NCBI GenBank assembly: GCA_051942245.1
Contig: JAVECL010000119.1
Location: forward strand, 1 to 49,713
DNA: 49,713 bases
Direction of reading: 5' to 3'
Origin: Trypethelium eluteriae
Lineage: Eukaryota
The translations under genes and the position numbers were made by a program. The notes beneath the pieces are model-generated. The model made no database searches. It was not told the origin of the DNA and was given only the letters and a program-made list of their open reading frames with translations. Each line of letters opens with the position of its first letter. The first letter of the stretch is position 1. Below, piece by piece: positions 12,950-25,702 of this stretch.

Positions 12950-15476
12950 ATGGCTGCAGCGCCGATAGACGCGAAGGCTCTCAACTCCTGGGAAGATGCC
13001 TTTCAGCATCCTATTACGGTGGTGCGCAGGCTGGAAAAGAGGTTGCGAGCAGACGTCGAAGAGAACCGAGACAAATTGAGGACACTCGTTGGGTATGCTG
13101 GCATCAACGCAAAAGCCAAAACGTACCGATTTTGATGAGAGATTAGGTCATCATATCGAGATCTTCTTGGAACTGCCGGTCGCATCATTGAGATGGACGG
13201 GCAGATGTCAGAGGTCGAGGTCACGCTCGGAGACATTGGCCTGAAGTGCAACACTCGAGTCTTGGAGACAATTAGTCGGAACATGGAGGGACTGAGGCGA
13301 TATCATGCTTCACAAGGTCTGTCATTGGTATTAAATCCAAGGTCATTGACAAATACACGCTAATTCAGATACAGTAACGGAAGATTATAGCTTTGCCTCT
13401 CAGCTTTCTGTCCTGCAAGGCTGCCATGCGGTCATTTCTCGTCTCTTACGATATTCTGGATCTTCTTTGTTAGCCGCCAAAGTCCTTGTAATAGCTAGAT
13501 TACTCCATAAGGCACTGGCTAGTTCTGCTTCTCCTGCTCCTGTCGTTGACAGCCTGCGCGATAAGCTTGCGGCTCGCAGGGCAAAACTTCTAAAGTATAT
13601 CGACCTGACATTTGCTGATCCTAATCTGGAGAAAGCGGCGCTTGTTGAAGGTATGCACGCCTTTTGTTTAGCTACCAGCTCGACACCTACGGACGTACTA
13701 CGACACTTCCACCATGTCAGATCCGAGGCCATATCAGACAAGCTGCGACACCCCAGCAATGTGCAGACGGCCATAACGGAATCCATGAAGCTCTTCATCA
13801 GTACTTTGCGGGATACTCAAGCTATATTTCCAAGAAGATTAGGGATAGCATTGGAAACTTCGAAGGCTCAGCCACTCTTACAAGATCCAAGTATCTTGGA
13901 GCTTGCAGAACTGCAACTTGATATCCATGGGCGCTGGATTGCAGAAGATATCAGACAATTTACACACCGGCCTCGTCATGATCAGTTACAGAGGTCTGAT
14001 GCCGAAGCCATGCTCCGGTCTTGGGCGATTGAGGCAATGAAATTATTCTTATCAGGCCTACGACACGTACTGGGTCCAGAGAAGGATCTTGCAATGTTGG
14101 TGCAAATCCGAAGGGAACTTTTGAGACTCTGGCTCTCCTCCTTGCAGCCTAGTTCCACTTCCGAAGCAGCTGATGTGCTTGATAACCTTCGTAAGGTCCT
14201 GATAGAGAGGATCGCTGACGCAATGCGTGACCAAGCCAAGAGTCTGCGTGTTGTTTCTCAGACAGTCTCGTATACAATCTCTCACTGGCAAGCTGGAGTC
14301 ACCGATTCGAAAGTCAATCTGTGGGATCTTCCGACAGCTACGACCGACCTGGGTGGTGGAGTCGTTCAAGCAACTCAAAGCATCCTAGATCGTTGTAACG
14401 GAAGAAGTAAAGCGGTGCACAAGGTTCTCGGTGTGTTCGAAGAGTGGGTCCAATCGGTACTAGAAGCTCAAGCCACCATTAAGAAGATGGGGGAAATGAG
14501 ATGGGATGAAGATCCTGATGATATAGCGGACGAGATTCTTCCAGAACCGCCCCAGGTACTGCTAAGCAACCAAGATCCGAGGATACTTGAGACTCGGCTC
14601 GAAGACTCGGTCTCAGAGGCCTTTGGGCAGCTGAGACAGGACTTGAGCCATGTCGAGCAGACGTTGGCCGATGAACAGCAGGGTGGAGAAAAGGCCGTCT
14701 TCTTACTCCGTGTTTTGCGAGAGTTACGACAACAAATGCCCAGGCTCGGTTCGGCTCTTGCATCGAGCTTCTCTAGAAGCTTGCAAGAAAGCTCCGTGGA
14801 AGCAACATGCCGTAGACTCTTGGCCGTCTCTGTCTGTGATGGTCCGATTGACTCTTTCCATCAGTCTGTCCGTCAATATCTAGGTCAGCCACATGCTCCA
14901 GCCAAAGAACTATGGGAAGGAAATCCAGCTCTTCCCGTTCAGCCTTCCTCGGCTGTGTTTAAGTTCATGCGTGCTCTGATGGCCAACATGAGCCATGCTG
15001 GACACGATTTGTGGAACCCTTCGACCGTGCATACACTGAAGCTTCATCTGGTTAATGTAAGGACAGCTAGCTTGCTGGAGGTAGCAAGTAGTCCCACTTT
15101 AGAGGAGACTCCACTCACGAATGGCGACACGCAGGTAGAGGCTCATGAAGACGTCCGACCTGAAGACGGCCCCTTGAATGATGAGGATAATGGCACTGAG
15201 GAATCGCAACAAGTAGGAGATGTTGCATCTTCAGCTACAGACTCAGCCATTCGATCACAGGAATCTTATCTTCAATTACTCTTCGACCTGTTTTACCTTC
15301 ATAGCGCCCTTCAAACGAAGGTCGAAGGGTCGCTTGCCGACACTGATCAAAACGAAACGATCATCGCCGAATTATCCACCAAGGGTGACATTAACAAAGC
15401 TGCACAGCAGCGCCTTCAGAAAAGCGCCGCAGATTATTGGAAGAAGTCATATTTGCTTTTCGCTCTACTGGCATAG
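12950..15476 (+). CDS. COG1: Conserved oligomeric Golgi complex subunit 1 (Vps51/Vps67 N-terminal domain)
   Basis: SWEDAFQHPITVVRRLEKRLRADVEENRDKLRTLVG|SYRDLLGTA...; LWEGNPALPVQPS; QLLFDLFYL; C-terminal DYWKKSYLLFALLA. Confidence 0.82.
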
Positions 15477-15603
15477 GCACTTTCAAGCACATGGACACTA
15501 ATCTATACAAGTACATACTTTCTGCAACGTTTTTAGCTCTCCAAGGTATTTCCATCTAAAATGTACTTCACATCTTTTCCATAACTCGAGCTCCCTCCCA
15601 AAA

Positions 15604-18220
15604 TTAACTCTCCTTCCCAATCTCAGCCGCAACCCACTTCTCCAATCCTCCCCTCGCAATAATCTCCTGCACATTCGGTGGCAACTCCCCAACCTTTTGA
15701 CTCCACTTCTCCCCTCCTTTGCCCTCCTCCACACTGACCAAACTCCTCCTTACATCCCACTCAAGCGTCCAGCCCGTCCGCCGCGTCAACACCCCATCAT
15801 CCTGCCTCTGCTTCTCCACCGGCCCCGGCGGCGGCGTATCCAAGCTCTGCCGATTCGCCTCCGGCTCACTCACCGCCTTCCCTCCCTCCTTTTCCCCCGC
15901 TCGGTCCTCTCCCTCCTTCGCCACCTGCGCCGGCGCAAACGCCTCCCTCAGCCTACGCACCAGCTTCGGCACCTCGACGCCCATCAGCGCATTATTGATA
16001 CTATTGCGCTGGAAGATATTCCCAAAGCTCCCCGCGACGACGAGGGGGATGCCCTTGGCGAGGAGGGCAGTGGCGGCCTGTTCGCGAGACGAGCCGCAGC
16101 CGAAGTTGAATCCCGCGACGAGGATGTCGCCTGCCTGCGCGGTGGTGGCGAAGGCCGGGTCGTAGTTCTCCATGCAGACGGCGGCCATGGTGGCGGGCGG
16201 CACGTCGTCTTGGTAGGTGTATTTGCCTGGGTAGATGGCGTCGGTGTTGATGTTGTCGCCGGAGCAGAAGACGATTTCGCCGGAGACCTTTTCGGGGAAG
16301 CCGGGGAGGATGTCGGTGAGGGGTTCGGCGTCTTCTGGTGCGGTGGTGGTGGTGGAGGATGGGGCGGCGGGATCGTCGTTGCTGCTGGTGATGCCCGAGC
16401 TCTCTGCTGCCCCGATGTTTTCTTCGGCTTGCGCGATGACTTTCTCCAGGGCTTCTTCAACTGACATCATCTTGTCGACTTCTTCCTCGCCGGTGCCTTC
16501 TCCTAAAATCACTTTCGCGTTCTCTACGCCCTCCGGCTTCTCATACCATCCTGGCCCTGCGATCTTACCCTGCAAGGCGCTCGCGGCCACAACTTCCGGA
16601 CTTGCGAGGTATGCTTTTGCGTCTCGGGATCCCATCCGCCCCTTGAAGTTCCGGTTCGATGCGCTGATACCAACTTCCCCAGGCTCCAGCAGTCCCGTGC
16701 CGAGACCAATACAGGGACCGCAGCCAGAAGGCAACGGTTTGGCGCCTGCGTCGAGCATAGCTTGCCAGTCGCCCTGCTCCTTGGCGGCCTGTTGCTCATG
16801 TGCGCTGGCGGCTGCGATGTAGAAATGCACATGGTCTGGAATCTTTGGTACGACACCGTTGTTTGCTACCGCGGCATCTTTGAAGACTTTGGCGGCTGCG
16901 GCGAGATCGGAGGCGCGGCTGTTGGTGCAGGATACGAGGTAGGCTTTGTCAATTTTTATGGACTGCGATTCGAGGTTCGAGAGTGGGGTTGCGACCTTGA
17001 CACTGTTGGGGCCGGAGACGTAGGGTTGGACGGTGGAGAGGTTGAGGAAAAGGTTTTTGGCATACTTTGCTCCCGGATCAGCAGAGAGTTGAGGTGGTCT
17101 GAAGAGAGCATCAAGACGAGCGTGATTGATGCGTCTCTTCGTCGAACTCGAGCTGAGGGATGCGGCATGGTACATGAGAGCTTCTGTGGCTTTTAACCGA
17201 AGCCAACGTTGGAGGAGAGGGTCAATGGGAAAAAGGCCTGAGAGGGCGCCCCATTCGGTAGTCATGTTGGCAATAGCAAGGCGGTCGTCGATTGCCAAGG
17301 TAGAGAGAGTTTCAGGGCTCCCTGTGAATTCAATTGCATGATTTAGGACTTCATCGTTGTTGAAGAGCCCACAGAGCGCGACGATGACATCCTTGCCTGT
17401 TACGCCTTTGGGAAGGGTACCAATAAAAGTAACTTTGGCAATAGGGGGAATCTGCCACCAAGTTCGGCCTGTTGCCCATATGCTTGCAGCGTCTGTTCTC
17501 ACGACTGGCGTGCCCAGACAGCCAATGCCGCCATACATGTTTGTGTGACTATCAGACGCAACGGCTAAAGTACCCGGCCAGGCATAACCCTCTTCGACCA
17601 TGATCTGGTGACCAATACCTCGTCCCGCAGGATAGAAGTCGACACCTTGTTCTCGTGCAAATTGTTCGATTTGCCTGTACTTTTTAAGATTGGATTCGCT
17701 CTTATTCTGAACATCATGATCCAAGGTCATCACAATCTGCTTTCGGTTGTGGATTTTGGAGGCACCAATTGACATGAATTTGAGTGCAACGGGCCACGAG
17801 TTGTCATGGGTCATACATTGATGCGGTGCAAGCGTGACATAGTCGCCAGATCTAACGAACTTGCCATCTGGGAGGCCGATTGAGTAGTTCTGTACGATTT
17901 TCTCCGTTAGAGTCTGAGGCGTTGATGAAGATGTCTTCCGCGCAGGATCAAGTTGGACGACGCTCGAGTCTGCTATCTGCGAATAGAAAGCGTCCTGAGT
18001 TTCGGCTTGCCTCCTGTCCGTTGGAGCAGTGTAGAATCTAGTATTCAAAACATCGCCTCTCTTCAACTGAGCAGCTACAAAGGGTCGTGTCACGGCACAT
18101 CCTATACAGGACGTGTAGGTCAGAGACTAACTCGTATCAGCATGGAAAGCGAGGAATAGCAATAGAGGACATTACCACAAGAGCCCGTCGAGGGAGCACT
18201 CTACCTCGAATTGCCGCCAT
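15604..18220 (-). CDS. LYS4: Mitochondrial homoaconitase (alpha-aminoadipate lysine pathway)
   Basis: [34 protein letters not shown], Fe-S ligands VSCTNSR and [30 protein letters not shown] 18220 with Arg-rich presequence and one intron. Confidence 0.96.
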
Positions 18221-18485
18221 GTGCTCCCTGGCAGTCGTATGGTAAGACGCGTGCGCAAGCCCAAAGAAGCTTGCGAGATTGAAATTCCCAGACGAGACTC
18301 CGATTGGCTGAAGTTTCCCCGGGCTTGCAGTACCTATCACCTACGTGGGGCTTCACTCCCTACCGGTGGGGTTTTATGAGTCAAAACACGCAATTGCTCT
18401 CGCACTTCTCATCTCCTCTGGTCGCTCACCGTTTTCTCATCTCTCATTTCTTGTACAGGGTTCCAAACTAGCGAAGCAGAACGTT
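18221..18485. promoter_or_regulatory. 265-bp bidirectional LYS4/SER1 promoter with a Gcn4/CpcA element and a CCAAT box
   Basis: ATGAGTCA at 18376-18383 (TGACTCAT on the minus strand); ATTGG at 18303-18307. Confidence 0.65.
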
Positions 18486-19820
18486 ATGCCGTCAAGAGAA
18501 GACGTTTCTTATTTCGGTGCGGGTCCTGCCCCGCTGCCTACATCTGTGCTCGAAGAGGCTTCTAAAGTCCTTCTCAATTATAATGACATGGGCATCGGAA
18601 TTGCCGAAATTTCCCATCGATCGCCCGAAGCAAATAAAGTCCTCGCCGACACAAAACATGCCCTCATCAGCCTTCTAGACATCCCTGAGGACTACGAGAT
18701 TCTCTTCCTCCAAGGCGGTGGCAGTGGAGAATTCAGCGCCGCCGTGTACCACATGGTGAGCATATGGGTGGAGAAATGCCGCAAAAGACTGGAAACAGAG
18801 ATTGAGCAAGAGGTGGCCACAAGTGGTCAGCCTGCACGAGTTGGGCCTGTATTCCAAGAGCGGTTGCGAAAAAAAGTTATTGAAGGGTTGAAACTTGACT
18901 ACCTTGTTACAGGCTCTTGGTCACTGAAGGCATCACAAGAAGCCGCAAGATTAGTAGGCGCAGAACACGTTAATATTGCACTAGACGCTCGAAAAGATAA
19001 TGATGGAAAATTTGGCAAGATCCCGGCCGAAGACCAGTGGAGCCTTACCCCAACCAAGCGCGAGGACGGCCAGGGCCCAGCCATGGTCTATTACTGCGAC
19101 AACGAGACCGTTGATGGTGTTGAGTTTCCCTCTTTTCCTGCCTCTCTAGAGTCAAAATCAGAAAATGACGACCGACTTGTGGTAGCAGATATGAGCTCCA
19201 ACTTCATAAGCCGGAAGGTTGACGTCCGCAAGTATGCCGTCATCTTTGGGGGCGCCCAAAAGAATATCGGAAATACTGGTATTACAATTATCATCCTTCG
19301 AAAGTCGTTACTGCCTCCCCAATCGGAACTTGCTTCTCCCCAGCTTCTGCGCAGTCTTGGGTTGCCAATTGGTCCTGTCGTCCTTGACTGGCCCACAATC
19401 GCCAAGAACAATTCGCTCTACAACACTTTGCCAATCTTTGATGTCTGGGTTGCTGGCAGAGTAATGCAGGGACTCAACAATACGTACCAGGCTAAGAAAA
19501 TCCTCGGCCAAGAAGGCATCTCGCAAAAGAAATCGGACATGATTTATGGGGTTCTCGACAAGTACCCGAATGTCTACAAAGTTGTCCCTGACAAATCCGT
19601 TAGAAGCAGAATGAACATCTGCGTCCGAATCCACGGAGCTGATCCGGAGAAGGAGAAGGAATTTCTGGACGGTGCTAGTAAATCGAATCTACTCGGCCTT
19701 AAAGGTCACAGGAGTGTTGGAGGTGTTCGCGTGTCCAATTACAATGCTGTACCCATTCCAGCGGTGGAGAAACTAACAGAGTATCTCGAAAGCTACGCTC
19801 GAAAATCAGCGAACACATGA
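18486..19820 (+). CDS. SER1: Phosphoserine aminotransferase
   Basis: YFGAGPAPLP, EISHRS, QGGGSGEF, YLVTGSWS, CDNETVDGVEF, ADMSSN, PLP-lysine GAQKNIG, NSLYNT, KGHRSVGGVR. True ATG at 18486. Confidence 0.96.
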   Translation: MPSREDVSYFGAGPAPLPTSVLEEASKVLLNYNDMGIGIAEISHRSPEANKVLADTKHALISLLDIPEDYEILFLQGGGSGEFSAAVYHMVSIWVEKCRKRLETEIEQEVATSGQPARVGPVFQERLRKKVIEGLKLDYLVTGSWSLKASQEAARLVGAEHVNIALDARKDNDGKFGKIPAEDQWSLTPTKREDGQGPAMVYYCDNETVDGVEFPSFPASLESKSENDDRLVVADMSSNFISRKVDVRKYAVIFGGAQKNIGNTGITIIILRKSLLPPQSELASPQLLRSLGLPIGPVVLDWPTIAKNNSLYNTLPIFDVWVAGRVMQGLNNTYQAKKILGQEGISQKKSDMIYGVLDKYPNVYKVVPDKSVRSRMNICVRIHGADPEKEKEFLDGASKSNLLGLKGHRSVGGVRVSNYNAVPIPAVEKLTEYLESYARKSANT

Positions 19821-20507
19821 GGCTTTGCGGTTCTGTCTTTGCATAGCGAGGCGTCACGGCGGTCAGAGATGGCTTTGATATCCCAATTTCAACATGCATC
19901 TTACACGGGAAAATAAGGTAAAGATATCACTTTACCAATTCTAGGTTCATCCCAACGCCCATTCATCTGAAGCTTCAACATCTAGCGCACGATCAATAGT
20001 GCTCTCTCGTTTTATTTGCGCATCATTGACGCATGTATCTAAACCAAAATGAACAAGCCTCGGATCTAATGATGTATGTTGAACGCAGGATTTCTAGCCC
20101 AAAACGCGGCCAAGCCACTTCAGATTATCATTCCTCATCATGCTTGGCGTGTGCCAAAATCATATGACTACCCGAAATCTATTGAAAGTAAGTGCCGAAG
20201 TACGTACGTTAGGAACCTTCTGTCCCCACTCTGCCTTGTTCGAGGAGTCGAAGCGAATAGTTTGTCGGAAGTGGTCCTGCACAACCCAGCGTTGTCACTC
20301 CACAAGGGAAGCCACTCCGTGAAGGTACCTAGGTAGCCTTCTAACTCCTCGTTCCTGCCGTCTATCGAGTTTTAGTACTTTTCATCGGCCTCAGAACCAC
20401 CATCTCCGTGAACACTTCCCAAGCTAGTACTCTTTTCTTCGCTGACCGACTTAATCGATATCCTTACAGTCTCGTGATTTCTTCTTCACACATGGCCCAG
20501 CCAGTCC

Positions 20508-22082
20508 TTAATCTTCAAAATCGACCTGATTCGACTTGAACCAGTATCCTTCTGGGCCACCAGGAATGTCAAATCTTGCCGGTGCCTTAAACGCGAACCG
20601 TTCCCAACTGACCCCTCTCATTCTCCGCGTCACCGTACCATCATCGTTCGTGATATTTTTGTATAGCTGTGGCTCAAAGTTTTGGACTTTTGCGTATTCG
20701 TATATCATTCGCCGAATGTAGCATGCCTCGGCTGCCGGAGTAAGGTATCGATCGCGGAAAGTTCGTGCTGATTCCTCCGCAATGCGTTCGGCCTCATCTT
20801 GGTTAAGGAGGTAATAATCCATGATATCATTCAAATCGGACCAGTCGTTTTTTGCTGCAACGTAATTCTGTTAGATTCAGTGTCAGTATCATATCTCTCT
20901 AGTTTCGTCGACTCATAGGATGTGGTCAGTGCGAATACAATAGAAATTCAGGTTCTCACCTGTCGAGGTCCTTCAGGGATTAGCAACGGATAGAAATGCG
21001 CTATGTACTCGAGGGGATTGTGGATAATGGTCACAGAATTGCAGTTCTTCAACGGTCTAAGACGCCCGCTCCACGAGTTGCCTAGTATGCTATTAGAGAA
21101 GACCTGTGGTTCTGGCAAAGGGTAGGACTAACCCTCAGTGTGTATCAGGAACTGCCATTTACAATGCTCTTCCATTGGTACGACACCCTCTCTTGGACCC
21201 CATTTGAGTTCTGCGCAATCGCTCCAGGATTTATCCTTACTGACTTCAAGCAATTTGGACCGGATTTGGCTAATCTTCTGACCCACGTCTAGTTGGCCTC
21301 TCCATAATACCTTCTTGATTTTGTCCTTGAAAGGCGTGAGAAATGGCTTTGATTTTTGTCGGAAAGCGCGGTAACCCCCCACGGTATCCCAGCTAGAAGA
21401 CGACCAGCCATTGAAGTCAGGCATGACCCAAGTATTGTTATCTGTCTTGTGACGGCACCAACCCCAAGCTGTTCGACCGGGCCGTTGGGGTTCTGGGTTG
21501 GGGTGGTCCATTCTGTCCAGAGTGAACTCGACGTTGGGAAGCATGCGCGGATCAGGTATGGCTGTGATGGCTCGATATATCATACTCAGGCCTGCCAGGT
21601 ATCGCGTGCGATCGACAACCCCTTGCTTCTCTCCCACAACAAAAATCTATGCAAAGTCAACGCTTGGCCTGTAATGGACATGAATAAGGAAGACCTACGT
21701 CGCCATCATAAATGAGCACTCGCACTTGACCGTGAGCTTTGTCTGGCTCGTCTCTCCATAATCTTACTTGCTCTTCTTCAATACCCCCATTGGCAGCATG
21801 CCATTCGCGCGCTCTTACAATCTCTGCGTCTTGCCCTGGGAAAGCCTCCTATTCTAAATCAGTCATGGGTCCGGGCCTTGACGCTGCTAGATTCCAGACC
21901 TCGCACTGTGCCTCAGTAAGACCTAGGTTCCGCTCATCGCGGACCGGGTCATATGTCCACCTATAAGGCCGAGGGATCTTCGGTAATTGAGGCACGACCT
22001 GATGTTCCTGCAGACTCAGAAAGATAACAGTAAGAGCAATCAACGACCCGGCCGCCACCAGGAGCTTTACCCGAGCCATCAT
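20508..22082 (-). CDS. Glycosyltransferase family 90 (CAP10-like) type II membrane protein (multi-exon)
   Basis: N-terminal signal anchor LLVAAGSLIALTVIFLSL; LPNVEF, WVMPDF, KVLWRG, MEEHCKWQFLIHTEG|NSWSGRL..CNSV, DWSDL, RDRYLTPAAEACY. Confidence 0.85.
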
Positions 22083-22472
22083 GTTAGCAGTCCCGTGGGA
22101 CTAGGAGTTGACAACGAAGGATGCTTTCGGGCAACAAATCGTCCATCCATGGAGTACGTAGCTGATATCATGTATAGCTTACTCCCTACTTGGCCGCTAG
22201 CACCAAGTAAGTAGTTCCCCTTTACGCGTGTACCGCCTCAAATCAAGCTTTGGTGTTTCCTTATCTCCGGGACTGGACTAGCCTGTCGGTTGTGGCTCTT
22301 GCTTGTGGCTCTCCCCCGCCCCTTCGGTGCCCTTGCGGCTATCGCATCACCGGCATCATAGACTCCTCTGTTATGGTACCCCACGTAAAAAGTGTCTGTC
22401 CCCACCTGCAAATCCCCACATTCGCTTTCGACTCAATCTCACACTCTACGTGTTCCTCTCAACCTCTTCAAT

Positions 22473-23886
22473 ATGGCTGCCACTTTTGATGTCAATGGTG
22501 CTCGCGCACATTTCGCAGCGCTCCGTCAGAAACAATCTTTCATGGACAATGCTGGAGGCAGCCAGACCTTAGACGCTGTAGCAGACTTGTCAGTGCGACA
22601 AACAAGTCTCAACGGTAGTTCATTAATACCTGCAGTTGTGTAGCATACGCCAATATCTTGTGTCCACGAATGTTCAACTTGGTGCAACTTATCCCATATC
22701 CTCGGAGTCCACGAAACTGGTCGAAGAGGGTTACAACGCTGCCGCGAGATACATCAATGCGGAATCTACCAACAATATAGGTGGGCAATATACAGAAGGC
22801 GCGCTACACAAGACCTTCAGCAGCATTCTAACGCTATGAGAGAGTTCTCGGCGGCGCAACTACTCAGCTTTTCCAGAATCTCTCATCCAGTCTCTGGGAA
22901 TACTTCTCTCTTGGCGATGAAATCATCCTCTCTCAACTCGATCATGAAGCTAACCTCGCCTCCTGGGTCCGTCTTGCTACCCGCAAGAACCTGAAGATAA
23001 AATGGTGGAAAGGCTCAGCGGCGACAGAGACGACCACCGACCCCGTCCTCACGGCCGATAACCTCAAACCCTTGCTCTCGAAGCGCACCAAGTTTGTGGC
23101 TTGCACGCATACGAGTAACATCCTGGGTGCTATTCATGAAATCGCATCCATCGCGAAGACCCTGCATGAGACATGCCCCGACGCGCTGCTATGTGTCGAC
23201 GCGGTCGCATATGCTCCTCATCGCGCCGTCGATGTCCAAGCCTTTGGCGTCGATTTCTACTCCTTTAGCTGGTACAAGGTATACGGCCCGCATCAGGCGA
23301 TCTTATATGCATCGCCGAAGGGGCAGAAAGCTATCCAGAGTCTGGGTCATTACTTCAACAATGAGGCGCATCCGAATGAACTGAGCAATCAGTTGGGTCT
23401 TGCTGCAGGAGCATACGAATTGGCAGCTAGTCTACCAAGGGTGCTGGAATATTGTTCTCCGAGGGATAAGTTTTGGGAGGGCGTTGCAGCGCATGAGGAG
23501 AAACTGCAGGCAATATTGCTGGAGTACTTGAATAAGAGGGAGGATGCGACAATATATGGCAAGAAGGAAGCAGACAGTAAGCTACGGGTCCCAGTCATCA
23601 GTTTCACGATCAAGGGTTGGAAGAGCAAGGATTTGGTGGAGACCGTGGAACAGAAGAGTCAATATGGAATCAGATACGGTCATTTTTATAGTCATAGAAT
23701 GGTGACAGATATGTTTGGATTGCCTGAAAATGATGGGGTGGTGAGGGTCAGTTTGGTGCACTACAATACCGGTAAGAGTGTTGCTATTCCGTATCACTCA
23801 GATCGAGAGGAAGAGACTAATCGTTTTTGGCAGAGGACGAGGTGAGAGGCCTCACAAAAGTTTTAGACGAGGTCTTGCAGAGATGA
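22473..23886 (+). CDS. Class V PLP-dependent enzyme, cysteine-desulfurase-like (multi-exon)
   Basis: FMDNAGGSQ, NVQLGATY, LDHEANL..W, HTSNILG, CVDAVAYAPHR, PLP-lysine FSWYKVYGPH, VRVSLVHYNT|EDEV...LQR*. Confidence 0.88.
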
Positions 23887-24217
23887 GTCTGAATGAGACA
23901 GGAGACTGTATCCTACCTCAGATTCCGACAGGACTGATTACGAGCCCTCCCATGAGAATCGACATTCTCTCTGCTTCTTGCACATAGTATTCTATCTTCG
24001 CATAAATTTGACAAGCAAGACGTCAATCTTGAGATTATGATGAATTCAACCCATCTGTAAATAACCAAACAATTGTTTCAATCTTAGAAAGAAAAAGGAA
24101 AAGGAAAAGAAAAGAGCCGTTTCAACCTTGCAATTCTTACAATTGTTCTTGATTGGTCGATACATACCTAAGCAGGTGATATGAGGTAATGGTCCCTATG
24201 AGACAGCATAAGAAAGC

Positions 24218-24484
24218 TTACGCCTCATCGTCAGTCCTTTTCTTCCCGGGAAGATAGCTCTTTGCCGCAAGACCAAACACATTCGTGAAGCCCATTACCA
24301 CTTCCTCGACGTGACGCATTCGATCCCTACTCAGGAGCGACAGCTCGGACGCCGCCGCTATGTCCCTCACCCTGGACGCATAGATTTGAGCTATCTGAGT
24401 TGAACAGGCTTTTCGGAGAAGTCTCAGCTCACGCGGAGAGAAGTAGCGGCGATAAACCGATGTCTTATGGGTGAAATCGGCGAA
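24218..24484 (-). pseudogene. Orphan protein-like fragment, probably the 3' end of a lost gene
   Basis: Stop-free 88-codon stretch FADFTHKTSVYRRYFSPRELRLLRKACSTQIAQIYASRVRDIAAASELSLLSRDRMRHVEEVVMGFTNVFGLAAKSYLPGKKRTDDEA*, bounded upstream by an in-frame TAA and without a 5' start. Confidence 0.4.
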
Positions 24485-24556
24485 TTACTAGGTTTCAGGG
24501 TAAAGCCTACGCAAACATTGCTGAACAGTGACCGCAGAACTGGGAGTTACTCATGT

Positions 24557-25702
24557 TTAGGGTTTGCTTATAGATGGGGTCGGAAAATTATGAACAAATA
24601 TCGAGCGTCCATTGCCTGTTCCGCGAATGAGCCACTCTGTTCCTGATAGCCCACAAGACTCTCCAGAAGAAGGGTCATCGCGCCATATTTCAAGTCCAAA
24701 CCACTTCTGACCCATTTTTTCTACCATCTGCGTAACCCGGGTAGCTTGATCCATGTCCGCGACTTCGAGTAGCATACATCGTGGACGAATCGCCCGAGCA
24801 ATTTCTAGAACGCGAGGATAGAAAGTGTCTCCGGGCTGAACCTGCGGACTGGATGGATCAGGAGGGACCAATGCCAATTTTGGCTCAAAATTTCTGACTG
24901 ATCGAGCTGTGGTCCTGACGAATTCGGCGGGAGAGATGTATGGAGGGTTTGCCATGAGAATACTGTATCCGACATCTTCTGAGTCACTCGCGGAGTTCGC
25001 TCTGCCATGAGTATTGTTCTTGACGAATTGATCGGAAAATATGTCGGCTTCTAGAAAACTCATACGAGGGTTCTCTAATTTGGGGAAGTTACGTGCTCTA
25101 TTGAGTTTTGCCAGGTCCACAGCAGTCCCGGAAATATCGATGCCTGTGACATGCGAGTGGGGAGGCAGGACGCCATACTCTAGAAGATGATGGATTAAGA
25201 GCAATGACATGCATCCAGATCCGCAGCAAAGATCCAATACCTGCAGAGGACCGGGAACATATCCATGTTTAAATCTCTCTCGGGATCTTTGCCTGGTCTC
25301 GTCCCGCAGGATTTGGGCCAGACGTGTCACTGATGCTGCTGTCTCTTGCCTTGATGCTCATCTTAGAATTGCAATATATGTAGTAAAGTTTTCTACTACG
25401 AACCTTGGAATCAAGACACCTGGTCGGCACTGTATCTCAAGGTCGCCAAAGAACTCAGAACCAAGGATATATTGGAGAGGCTCTCCTCGCCTTCTTCGCT
25501 CACATAGCTGGCGCAACGAGGTTCGTTCATCTATGAAAGGTTGCGTGTGTTTTTTAATTCTGACAAGCCCCTGAACATGTTCGCGAAGCCACCGTAACTC
25601 ATTCTTCGCAGAATTTAAATCTCGACAAGCTGGCAATATTAGCAATACCAAAGGGTCAATGGATCCCGCTTTAGAAAGAAGGCTATTAGGCAAGCGCGGC
25701 AT
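24557..25702 (-). CDS. MTQ1: HemK/PrmC-family N5-glutamine methyltransferase for the mitochondrial release factor
   Basis: MPRLP...AKNELRWLREH...RRRGEPLQYILGSEFFGDLEIQCRPGVLIPR|QET; SAM motif VLDLCCGSGC; NPPY motif ANPPYIS; FEPKLAL. Confidence 0.9.

Noticed and set aside
15697..16822. Several long overlapping ORFs (255, 195, 158, 148 aa)
   Set aside because: Shadow frames caused by high GC3 in the LYS4 3' region; no protein-like motifs.
24086..24116. Purine run with GGAAAA/GAAAA units
   Set aside because: Simple low-complexity tract in a 3' intergenic region.
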